Assembly (NCBI GenBank): GCA_963786955.1
Contig: CAWBAT010000004.1
Span: 544,001-608,000 of the forward strand
Source: an uncultured Acidimicrobiia bacterium
Lineage (GTDB): Bacteria > Acidobacteriota > Terriglobia > Versatilivoradales > Versatilivoraceae
Reading direction: 5' to 3'
DNA length: 64,000 bases
Shown: positions 20,504 to 30,391 of the stretch, one piece after another
Layout of the letters: each line of letters begins with the position of its first letter
Numbering within the stretch: position 1 is the stretch's first letter
The notes under the pieces: generated by a model
Databases searched by the model: none
The model's input: the letters and a program-made list of their open reading frames with translations, nothing else
Told to the model about the DNA's origin: nothing
Translations under genes and position numbers: made by a program

Positions 20504-23500
20504 TTAATACTGGATTTTCAACCCGAACTGAATTTCACGCGGAGGATTGCTCTGGCCAGCCTCGTGACCGAAGTTCACACCGAGTTGGCCGCCACCGATG
20601 ATATTCCCATACATGTCCCCGCCCTGGTCGAAGCTGAAAAGGACACGGTTGAAGGCATTCAGAAAGTCTACCCGGAATTCGATACTCACACGATCATTAA
20701 GGTTCATTTGTTTCTTGATGGAGAAATCCTCCTGGTAGAATGGTAATTGGCGGATATCAGCATCCGTGACCGGAGCGTTGCCAAAAGTATACGGTGCTGG
20801 GTCCGCCCAGGCATTGCTGTTAAACCGGGAACCCGCCGCTCCTATGCCATTGGGATCCCAGGTGCCATTAAGGATGGCTGCCGACTTCTTCTCCACACCG
20901 GGTACGACACTGGCCCGAGTGGTGAAAGAGTTATCCGACATGTACGGGTAGAGGGAGTTGCCTGACGAAATGATCATTTGCGGGGCGCCGCTCCGGTACT
21001 GCTGGATTCCGGCGACGCTCCAGCCTCCCAGCACCTTGCCCGCCGCACCCCCTTTGTTTACCCATTTCTTACCCGGACCAAAGGGCAATTCGTACTGATA
21101 GGAAAACACCAAATTATTCGGATAATCATTGAGGCTCAGCGCTTTTTCTCCCGCGGCATTATAGAAGTCCTGGGTGAATCCCGAGAACAGATTGTACAGG
21201 CTTCCTGCATTGGTAAGGGTCTTTGACCAGGTATACGCGACAAGAAAGGTTAACCCATTAGTTAGATTCTTCCGAGCCGATATTTGCAGGGCATTATAGG
21301 TTGACATGCCGGTCGTTTCTCCATAATCCCGCATCTGTGCATTGCCATCTAGTGTGTCAACTTGGTACTGCGGAAACGGGCGCAAAGCCTGGCCCAGCTG
21401 GGCATTACTCCCCCAGAGAGATTCGAACCCCGTAAAGGGAGCATGCCTGCCTGTCCCGGGGTCCACCGGCATAGCCTGCACAACCGGGAGGGCCTGAATG
21501 GTAGGGTCAGCAATATTCATGAAGAGCTGGGCCCCGTAGCCAATGTACGCCGTCGGGACCACGTTGCTATTCCTCAGACGGCTAGACAAGTTCGTTCCCT
21601 TGGTCCAGACATAACCGACATCGAGGAGAATTTGCCCGGGAAGCTGCCGCTGGATACCGAAAGCAGCGTTTTGCATTTGCGGAGCCCTTTCATCCCCTGG
21701 CCACGCCCCAAACGAGGTAGGGCCGCCCCCATTCATGTAGTTCTGACTGATAAACGGCACACTCTGGTAATACTCGGCCGGCCAACCGGTTTCAAGCTTC
21801 ATATGAACATCTGTAGATCCCAGGGGACTGCACGACGTTGCTCCAGCAAATCCCGCGTAATAAGTTGTGCCGCAATTATTTGAGGCGCTGTATCCCAACT
21901 GGCTCCCGGGATCACCAAAGGAGCGTGCGAGGGAACGTGCGCCTCCTGCCGCTGTATACAGAATCCCGTAACCGCCTCGGAGGACCGTCTTGGCATTCAG
22001 GCTATAGGCGAACCCGAAACGCGGGCCCCACCCATGCTCGTTAGATGCTCCCGTACGCCGCTCGGGTGTTGCGTAGGCGAGTACACCTTTAATGCCAAGA
22101 TCGGTATTCATGATGAGTGGGTCAAACCAGGTTTTGATGTTGTGTGCATCCACCGTAGGCTTGAACAGGTCATAACGCAGACCCAGGTTCAACGTGAGTT
22201 TGGAGGAGAGTTTGAAATCGTCTTGAATGTACAGTCCATACCGTGCCATCCGATCTGCATTCTCGGAAGCCGTGATAGTCGCCGTACCTTGGGTGGGGAG
22301 CCCCAAGAGGAAACCAGCCACTCCCACTCCTGTACAAACGTCCCCCGGATTGCATGCGCCACTAGCATAGAATTTCTGGTCAAGCAGCGCGGTTGTTCCA
22401 GATTGATAAGTGTTAGAACTGGATTGGTTGGCAGTGCTCCAGCCGTTATTTTGCAGCTTGATGTAACTAAACCCTCCCTTGATCGTATGCCGGCCTTTGA
22501 TCCAGGTCACACTGTCGTCAAAGGTAAAATTGTTATTCGCACTATAGCCTTGGCCGCCTGTCCCGTAAGTCCCTAATCCACCGATGCCTGATACTGGAAA
22601 CGTTGACCCTGCACCTGTCTGGGGCACGCCACTATAGCCGAGAATCGCCGGCCAACCGGTGCCGGCCTGAGAGAAGTAATCCAACCGGCTCCGGTTAAAC
22701 CCAAACGCCCAGTGGTTGATGAGATTCTGCCTGATAAAATAATCGTGGCTGAGCCGAACAATGCGATAGCCATTAGTGCTATCAGAGCCATCGCTAATGG
22801 CGCCCGGCCATCTGGAACCCGTTGGGACGTATTGGCTTTTCCAAATAAACGACGCCATTTATCCGGTTTTTGTCCGAGAACACCTGGTCGAGTTTGACCC
22901 CATAATCGTTGATGCTATCTCGGTTCAGATACGTCCCGAGCCAATTGAGTTGGTAGCCAAAATTGCAGCTTGGACAAGCCGGTGGGTCTACAAAATACGA
23001 AAACATCCTCGCGGCCACAGGATCAATCCGGTTTTTCGGAATGATATTGGCCTGGCCTGGAATCGGCAAGCCGGTCTTAGGATTAAAGCCAAAGCCGTCG
23101 CGCAGAATGGCTGCGGCTCCACTCGTGTTCACGAGCCCAGTGGCCGGGTCTGCTGCTCCCGCCGGGACGATTCGAGTCGTTGCCGGGTCATAGATCTCAG
23201 ACGAATACACCGGCCGCCCTAGTGCATCGGTACCGATAGGGCCGCCGAGAATATTGCTTAAGTCCCCGCCCTTCATAGCCGCGGTAGGGAGAGTATCCTT
23301 GGAGTTAGCCCCGAGTTCTTTGATGTTGCGGAAGCCGTTATACCAACCGTAGAAGAAAGTCTTATCTTTGTGAATGGGCCCGCCGATCGTGGCCCCGAAT
23401 TCGTTTTGATTGTTTTTCGGGGTCGTTGCAGCGTAAAAACCCCGGGCATCCAAGACCGTGTTGCGGAAAAACTCATACACCACGCCATGAAACCCGTTGC

Positions 23501-24273
23501 TCCCGCTCTTGAGTGTAAAGCTGGTTATTCCCAGCCCCGTCTGGCCGAATTCTGCCGGGGGAAGGAGCGTCATGACCTTGAACTCCCCGACCACGTCCGG
23601 TGGGAACGGGAGCTGACTGAAGTCTCCGGACGCCCATAACCCTGGCCGATTACGGCGCCATCGAGATGCCATTCAATGCTAGCACTCTGACTGCCATTGA
23701 CGGTGGTATTCAACTGCCGGGCTGGACCGTTGTGGCTTATTTCACGGTCCCTCTGCTGGTAACACCAGGAGAGAGGTGATCAGGGAGGCCGGATTGCGCA
23801 CCTCCTGCATGCCCACCAGGGGCAGATTAACGACATCATGTTCCTGAAATAATGGTTCCCCGGTCGGACGTCGCGGACTCAACCATTAACACCTCAGAAG
23901 AGACTGTAATGGACTCAGTGACCAGTCCCACTTCCAGGCGGATATCAACGTGGGCGGTTTGGCCAAGCTCTACAGTGATATCACTTCCGACGTATTGCTT
24001 AAAGCCTGCTTTCTGGGCAGTCAAAAGGTACTCGCCCACCCGCAAGAGCGGAAACGTAAAGCCCCCGTTTCCCCCGGTCGTCACTTTAGAGCTCGTGTTC
24101 GTCGCGACGTGAGTGGCGGTAACGCCCGCCCCTACAATTACAGCTCCCGACGAGTCGGTCACCGTTCCCGTGATCGTTCCGCGATCGCTTTGTGCGTTTA
24201 GCCTGGGAACTGAAACGCCAAGAGTGAGGAATAGGCCAGTAACGAAAATCAGGGCCCGACGTCTCTTCTTCAT
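20504..24273 (-). pseudogene. TonB-dependent receptor (Oar-like, N-terminal carboxypeptidase-regulatory-like domain), frameshifted
   Basis: Signal peptide + GTITGTVTDSSGAVI; KSGSNGFHG..YEFFRN..DAR; YIQDDFK..LTLNLGLRYD; C-terminal PREIQFGLKIQY. At least five frame changes (~23842, ~23775, ~23742, ~23631, ~22853). Confidence 0.85.
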
Positions 24274-24441
24274 TATGGTATCTTCCGCACGGGATTACCG
24301 ACGTGTTATTCCAATGGTAAAGAAGAAAGAAGAAGTCGGATCTTGGTTATCAAGACGGAATTATAAAATGATACATATAATTTAGCCTCCTTCGAAGCCA
24401 GTGTCAAACATAAACGGTTCTGGCACCTCGTATTCAGCACG

Positions 24442-24525
24442 ACAGGCCAGGAGGCCTGTCGCCACACAAAAAACTGTAGCTACAGGCCTCCTGGCCTGTT
24501 GTCCGGGGCCAACGGCCCCGGCTAC
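24442..24525. repeat. REP-like inverted pair
   Basis: ACAGGCCAGGAGGCCTGT followed by its inverse GTAGCTACAGGCCTCCTGGCCTGTT..CCGGGGCCAACGGCCCCGGCTAC; same family as 9670-9720. Confidence 0.75.
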
Positions 24526-24692
24526 GTGCGCCTGAAAGCGTGTTTGATCGGAGAGGTGGAAGTCCTCTTCAGGTATACGCTCTCCGGCCTGTAACCAACT
24601 GTAACTGCGTCGCCGAGAGACGGGGTGGGAGATCCGCCTGTCCGGTTTGGAGGGGGGAGGGGCCGAAATGAATCGGCTCTTCCTACCCCTAT
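24526..24692 (+). mobile_element. Internally deleted group II intron remnant (167 nt)
   Basis: 5' GTGCG; domain I-like GGTGGAAGTCC; 3' half of domain V (GGGAGATCCGCCTGTCCGGTTTGGAGGGG); domain VI with bulged A ending CCTACCCCTAT. No ORF. Confidence 0.8.
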
Positions 24693-24725
24693 AACAACGT
24701 CTCGATCGTGCATCTTCGATACTGC

Positions 24726-24865
24726 TGTAGCCGGGTCCTTGACCCTGGCCATGAATTGCCGGATCAGCGATCCCGGCTACAACTGAGCACCAGAGCGGGA
24801 TATTTATGGATTTTAAGGTGCATGGAGAAAGAAAATTTGAAGTCGCCCATAAGTACCCAGGATCG
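24726..24865. repeat. REP-like element plus 52-bp direct repeat shared with 20098-20149
   Basis: GGATCAGCGATCCCG(C/G)CTACAACTGAGCACCAGAGCGGGATATTTATGGATT at 24761-24812 and 20098-20149 (one mismatch). Confidence 0.8.
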
Positions 24866-25252
24866 GCTTTTTTTAGTCGACCTAGCTTTCCACAACTTGC
24901 CGACAGAGTAGCTCATCCAATGATCATTATCATGGCTCGATTGTCCAACTATTACACGTGACTTGCAGACGACTACGCACGTGATCTTTGCTGGAGTTGT
25001 ATTGTTGTCAATAACTGTGGTCCTTTAGCCACAACTGCACCGCCAACCAAACCCATATGAATTTGGTAACTGATCCGTTGAGTCATCGAACATAACAAGT
25101 AGTGGGCAGAGAATAACTCTCATTATGTCATGCTCAACATATTTGTGGTCACCATATTGATAAGATAAGTTAGATTGGGCTTTGAGTCGTGACCCCTACA
25201 AAATCGGTTTCAACCGGAGGGGTGCAGGGCAGATTTGAGGAAGTTAGAGCAA

Positions 25253-25510
25253 TCAAAAGTAATACCTATACCTTCTCGTTCGCCGTTGATCGCCGATCCA
25301 TAAGACACACATCCCGTATAGATCAGGCTTGGTCATGATATTGGAAAGAACGGTATTAGAGTCATCATACACCTTCACCATCGCTCTGTATGCTAAAAGT
25401 GGAATCAGATCGATATTGTCGCTGTAACTGGTATCATTACCTGCTGCAGCTGTCATGACCAGAGCTGAGCAGAGGAATATGCAAGCCAGTACTATTTTTG
25501 TTCTAGACAT
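25253..25510 (-). CDS. Hypothetical secreted protein, possibly truncated
   Basis: AAGGAG RBS, signal peptide (..MTAAA/G), lower GC; no intact continuation downstream. Confidence 0.5.
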   Translation of the reverse strand: MSRTKIVLACIFLCSALVMTAAAGNDTSYSDNIDLIPLLAYRAMVKVYDDSNTVLSNIMTKPDLYGMCVLWIGDQRRTRRYRYYF

Positions 25511-25575
25511 GTGAGTGTCTCCTTAATTGATATCAAGAGGGGTGAGCAGAATCTGAGCTTCGATTCGATACGATC

Positions 25576-25629
25576 AGGGTAAGGAACTTATGTCTGGAGT
25601 AAATCACGGATTTGTCATGGTTTTGTAAT
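25576..25629 (-). promoter_or_regulatory. Promoter with four 11-bp-periodic boxes (putative OmpR-family sites)
   Basis: + strand TGTCTG 25591, AATCAC 25602, TGTCAT 25613, TGTAAT 25624; minus-strand -10 TACCCT at 25576-25581. Confidence 0.65.
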
Positions 25630-25699
25630 ATTGTCTGAAGGCTATGCGGTTATTCCAATTGGTGCAGCAGTAGGAGGAAACGCTGAAAGGAGCTGAACA

Positions 25700-26610
25700 A
25701 TCCCCCTCACTCGATCCGCCGTCCGGGTGGAAGCTTATCAAGCTTCCACCCCTTCCCCGATGGGGGCGAGGGATTCAAATCATTATTCTCCACCAGGCTG
25801 ATGAACCCCCAACAACCAAAAGAAGAAGACCGACAGAACTTCAGAAATTGTATTCGGATCAACTGTGCCCTGCGCTGGTCAGAAGTTTTTGGAGCACGAA
25901 CTCATCAAGGTGGGACGTCTGGCTCCGGACTTGTCGATTGTCCTGCAAAAGAAAAGGGGTTCCATCAAAAGGGCTGTCAGCCAATGAGTCTCAATTGATT
26001 ATATTCCTCAGTTGCTTTAGTTGCTTTTTTTCATTGGAGACAACACAAGCTAAATCCCGCGACCGTTTCTTGTATGTAGTACCGCCTTCAGGCGGACGGT
26101 TATTGGGTACACTAAGGCGCCGGCTGAAGCCGGGACTACAAACGTCTTGGGAGGGGGTGTCCTAATGTGGGAGCCGGTGTCCTCACCGGCGATTCATTCT
26201 CGAGGACCTTTGTTTCACCTGCCTGTAGAAACTTGCAGCACTTTTCATGTAGTGTTCACGCCTCAAACTACAGTTTTCAGCTCCCCTCGCCCTTGCGCGG
26301 GAGAGACGACCCTCTCGACAATCGGCTTCCCTCTCCCCAACACGGGAGAGCGGAGCCGAAGATCGCTTTGGGCATGCTCTCCCGAATTGGGGAAAGAGGA
26401 GCCGAAAACCTGAAAGCGTGCGCGGAGCGCCCGCTCCACCACACATAGCAAAACCAACTTCGGGATTCGGGATAAATGGCCGAACGGGATGTAGCGAACG
26501 CTCGCCGCAGCGTTCCCTACTGCCGAGGCGTGCAAGATGCCCGCGCTCCCAGGTTATGCTGCGGGCGTCCTCGCCTGCTTTCGGACGGCCTGAAAGGCTG
26601 CCGCTCCGCC
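25700..26610. repeat. Mixed REP-like palindrome cluster
   Basis: GGGTGGAAGCTT-atc-AAGCTTCCACCC; GTAGTACCGCCTTCAGGCGG..CCGGCTGAAGCCGGGACTAC; GCCGGTGTCCTCACCGGC; GCGTGCGCGGAGCGCCCGCTCCAC; GCGGGCGTCCTCGCCTGC. Confidence 0.7.
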
Positions 26611-26625
26611 GCAGTCCGAGTTGCC

Positions 26626-28800
26626 TTATTTCGCGGCCGTCATGGCTGGCAAAAAGTTCTCCAGAGCCCAGATTTGATCCGAATCTGCCGCCACGACTGT
26701 GAAGAATATGCTCCGGCCGTCGGGGTGCATTTGTGGACCTTTGATACGGGCGTTCATCGATAAGCCGACCCTTTCCGCTTCTCCTCCGTCCACGGGAACA
26801 CGCCAGATGGACTGTTGCCCCGTGATCGTGAACAGAATGTAACGATGATCCGGCGTCCATGCCAGGGTGTTGTATGCATTAAACTCCCCTTCTGGGTAAC
26901 GGTAGAGGACGCGCGGCTCACCGCCGGCCGCGTTTGTAACAAAGATCTCCTGCCCTTTTGAAGAGGTGGACACGTAGGCAATCTGCTTTCCGTCGGGTGA
27001 AACGGCCGGGCTCGCAAAGAGAGTATCTTGGGGGAAGAATGGGACCGACTCTCTGAGTATAGCGGTCTGGCGGGTGTCTAGATCGAAACGCGCCAATTGC
27101 TGGGAATTTCCGCCCGCCTGGAAGAAAACGGATTTCCCATCCGGCGATAACTTGAATCCAGTGATCAAGTCTTTCCTTTCCCCTCCCACTTCTTCGGCTT
27201 TGCCGGTAGTCAGATCCACACGATACAGGAAGGCCCCTTGCCGTTGGTTCTCGCTTCCAGGCACTAGGACCGAACGGCCATCGGGCAGCCAACCCGGCCC
27301 ATTGAAATACAGGGAGTTGATCTCCAGATTCAGGGGAAACACACGCTCCTGACGACTGCTCAGATCCCGAACCACCAACACTGTGTCCGGGCGATCGGAA
27401 TAGTAGGCAAGCTGTTTGCCGTCGGGCGACAAGGACGCTCCCCAATTCGAGTTGACATACTTTTCTGTCACGACTTGGGGTGTTCCGGACACCTTCCCAT
27501 CATTGCCCAAAGCAGCGCGATATACGTTCCGCCGGTTTCTTCCGCGAACGGAATAATATAGCGTTCCGGTAGGCGTCATCGTCAACGGCACAATGGTCCC
27601 GATATCGCTCTTGACGAGCTCGGCCTCTCCGGCAGCCTTTCCGTCCTTGACCGCTATGGACCATAGAGAGGGGGCCGCGGTGCGGTCGCTGACGAACAGA
27701 ACCCGCGAACCGTCTGGGGACCATACGGTTGAGTAATCATTGGCCGGATGTTGCACGATAGCGGTCTCCTGGCTTCCGTCTGCAGCCAGAACGAAGATAT
27801 CCCTGGCCGTCCCCGCACCATCACCCGCAGGGGTGTCGTAGGCAATGTAGCGTCCATCGGGCGAGATACTCGCGCCAATCTGCGCCCAGCTGAGTGACTT
27901 GAGCTGCCGAATGGAGCTATCCTGTACCGAAAGCATAGCAATCTGCCAGGTGCCGTTTTCTAGCGATCGCGTAACCAGCAGGTTCCGGCCATCCGGTGTC
28001 CAGCCCCTTACAAACAGATAGTTGGGGCTGCGATGGACGATTCGTGGAGCCGCATTCCCATCCATCGGGACGATCCGAACCTGGAACTCCCATTCAGGAA
28101 GTTTGACAAAAAGGTAGGCCACCTGACGGCCGTCTGGGGAAATGACCGATCCGTCTGCATATCCGTCTGCGGGCCGGGTCAGCACACGCTTTGTGCCTGC
28201 TGCAAGGTTAAGGACCGCAACCCCCCCACTCGAATCCGTTAAGCTGACCCAACTGCCATCCGGCGATACCGTGCCATTGATTATCTCTCCAGAGTAAACC
28301 TGCCGCATCGAGATCCTGTTCCCCGATACTCCCGGTGAGCGCAAGGCCGCCAGGCGTACGCGTGCTTGAGCGACAATTTCCTGCTGGTCAGAAAAGTCAC
28401 GCACAACACGTTCGTAAGCCCGGCGCGCATCTGCGACGCCGAGTTTTTCGTAACACCCACCCATCTGTAACAAGGCCTTGGCAGTAATCAATCGGTTGCC
28501 ACTCGCGTTGGTTATGATCTTCTGGTACTGCTCAATTGCGCCTTTCAGGTCCCCGTCTACTAACTCCAGGTGAATGGCGGCCTTGAGCTGCACTTCGGCT
28601 GAGTCCTTGGTCTGTCCTGCTGCGAGTGACGCCAGCCACAACGCGGACAATGCAATAAATAGCTGTGCCCGCTTGCAGGTGGAGCGGGCGCTCCGCGCAC
28701 GCTTCTCAAACGTACGACGGGGGACGGTAGTCCCACGCGCGCATTCCCCCTGGGACATCAAGGGGGCCAGCCCCTGGCCGGATAGATTAAGCTTGTTCAT
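26626..28800 (-). CDS. Secreted TPR + PD40/TolB-like beta-propeller protein
   Basis: GGAGG RBS before MNKL; hydrophobic signal; TPR (GDLKGAIEQY..AKALLQMGGCYEKLG); about 10 (W/I)SPDG repeats. Confidence 0.85.
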   Translation of the reverse strand: MNKLNLSGQGLAPLMSQGECARGTTVPRRTFEKRARSARSTCKRAQLFIALSALWLASLAAGQTKDSAEVQLKAAIHLELVDGDLKGAIEQYQKIITNASGNRLITAKALLQMGGCYEKLGVADARRAYERVVRDFSDQQEIVAQARVRLAALRSPGVSGNRISMRQVYSGEIINGTVSPDGSWVSLTDSSGGVAVLNLAAGTKRVLTRPADGYADGSVISPDGRQVAYLFVKLPEWEFQVRIVPMDGNAAPRIVHRSPNYLFVRGWTPDGRNLLVTRSLENGTWQIAMLSVQDSSIRQLKSLSWAQIGASISPDGRYIAYDTPAGDGAGTARDIFVLAADGSQETAIVQHPANDYSTVWSPDGSRVLFVSDRTAAPSLWSIAVKDGKAAGEAELVKSDIGTIVPLTMTPTGTLYYSVRGRNRRNVYRAALGNDGKVSGTPQVVTEKYVNSNWGASLSPDGKQLAYYSDRPDTVLVVRDLSSRQERVFPLNLEINSLYFNGPGWLPDGRSVLVPGSENQRQGAFLYRVDLTTGKAEEVGGERKDLITGFKLSPDGKSVFFQAGGNSQQLARFDLDTRQTAILRESVPFFPQDTLFASPAVSPDGKQIAYVSTSSKGQEIFVTNAAGGEPRVLYRYPEGEFNAYNTLAWTPDHRYILFTITGQQSIWRVPVDGGEAERVGLSMNARIKGPQMHPDGRSIFFTVVAADSDQIWALENFLPAMTAAK

Positions 28801-28821
28801 CGTTCGTCCCTCCATGCGATC

Positions 28822-28875
28822 AGGATAGGGAGCTAATGTTTGCGGCAAATCACGGAGCTGTCATGATTTTGTAAT
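28822..28875 (-). promoter_or_regulatory. Promoter with four 11-bp-periodic boxes
   Basis: + strand TGTTTG 28837, AATCAC 28848, TGTCAT 28859, TGTAAT 28870; minus-strand -10 TATCCT at 28822-28827; homologous to 25576-25629. Confidence 0.7.
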
Positions 28876-29115
28876 ATTCCTAGCAAGCCTGGGCAACCTG
28901 CCCCAAGTGTGTTGCACCCTCTTAGGGGTGTCCTTTCGTGGGTGGCCCGTCACCCAGGGCGGCGCTCAGGGCTTCGCCCTTTGCTTTGCCCTGAACTATT
29001 TTGTTTTGCCCTTATCAGTGCGGAGAAAAATGTCCAAACACCAGACCCCTCCCTGAAGCGGGGGACAAGCTAGAAGCACACTGAGATTCGATGGCCGGCG
29101 GTCTAAGCGCACATG

Positions 29116-29790
29116 TCACCCATCGAAACGGTAACCAATGCCGCGAATGCTGAGTAGATAGCGCGGCTGGGGGCCCGACGGTTCGATCTTCTTGCGCAGA
29201 CTGGTGATCTGGTTATCCACTACGCGCTCGGTAACAAACGTGTCTGGACCCCAAGCTTCATCAAGCAACTGCTGCCGACTCAAAACCCTGCCCCGGCGGC
29301 GAACAAAAGTCGCCAGCAGCTTGAATTCAAGCGGAGAGGTCTCAACCACTTCTCCAGCCCGGCGAAGCTCACGGCGGGTGAAGTCTACTTCCACCTCGCC
29401 AAATCGATACACCTCGGGGAGCTCACCGGTAGCGCGACGCAGAATGGTTTTGATGCGCGCCCGTAGCTCCCGTGGGCTATAGGGCTTGGTGACATAATCA
29501 TCCGCACCCATCTCCAGACCTAGTACTTTCTCGGCTTCGTGGGTTCTGGCTGTGAGCAGGATAATTGGTGTTGCTATATGGGCCCGGCGCAGCTCACGGC
29601 AAACTTCAAAGCCGTCTTTCCGCGGCAGCATGACGTCTAGTAGAATCAGGTCGAACGCCTGCTCTCGGGCGCGGTGGGCGGCACTGTCGCCATCACCCAC
29701 CACCTCGACTTCGTAACCTTGTATTTTGAGGTCGTCTTCCAGCGCCAGGGCGATTCCTGGTTCGTCTTCTACTACCAGAATGCGCGTCAT
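29116..29790 (-). CDS. OmpR/PhoB family response regulator
   Basis: RILVVEDE, LLDVMLP, GADDYVTKPY; winged-helix end LRKKIE..SIRGIGYRF. Confidence 0.95.
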   Translation of the reverse strand: MTRILVVEDEPGIALALEDDLKIQGYEVEVVGDGDSAAHRAREQAFDLILLDVMLPRKDGFEVCRELRRAHIATPIILLTARTHEAEKVLGLEMGADDYVTKPYSPRELRARIKTILRRATGELPEVYRFGEVEVDFTRRELRRAGEVVETSPLEFKLLATFVRRRGRVLSRQQLLDEAWGPDTFVTERVVDNQITSLRKKIEPSGPQPRYLLSIRGIGYRFDG

Positions 29791-29819
29791 CTCATAAGTC
29801 TCCTGTGATGAAGATACGA

Positions 29820-30345
29820 CGGGGCCCCCCAAACCCCGCGTTGGGGAAAGGGGAGCCGAAACTGTTCAAAGCGCTTGGAACTGTAGAACCTGAAATTCGC
29901 ACGCATTAGGCTTGAAATTCACGCCCTATCGTGTTGACTATCCCGCCCCAGAGCGATCGGCGGGAACCAGACTTTCACTGGTCAGACCTCCAAAAGGTCA
30001 GGCGTACTTAACACCCTGCTTCAGCAGGGTGTTGGGGAGATTCCTTAGCTTCGTAAACCGTTGAAACGGTTCGTGCCAATGATCTTTCCCAACCACCGCG
30101 CTAAAGCGCGGTGCTATTAAGAGAAATCTCACAATCATGCAAAATTTAGGTAGAAACTCCCGGTGAAGTCTTGAGAACACTTCACGGGTGTCTCTGGGCA
30201 TCCAGGGAGACATCCCACTACGCCCCAGAAAGTTTGCAAAAATGCGTCGGGTCAAGGGACCCGCCCTACAACACATTTGCAAAGCCTCTGGATCCATTGA
30301 AGGCCTGGAGCTTTCTCAAAGCCCCAACCTCACGTGGCAGGTCCC
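29820..30345. repeat. REP-like palindromes between kinase and regulator
   Basis: AACACCCTGCTTCAGCAGGGTGTT, AACCGTTGAAACGGTT, CACCGCGCTAAAGCGCGGTG, CGGGTCAAGGGACCCGCCCTACA. Confidence 0.65.
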
Positions 30346-30391
30346 CACAATTCCAATTTTTTCACACTTCCCCATTCACGCAGAGAATTGT

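Noticed and set aside
24522-24752. 76-aa minus-strand ORF
   Set aside because: Antisense reading of the group II intron remnant and adjacent REP.
25801-26860. Several overlapping ORFs (e.g. 26183-26860, 26147-26413)
   Set aside because: GC-rich palindromic repeat DNA giving spurious Arg/Pro-rich frames.
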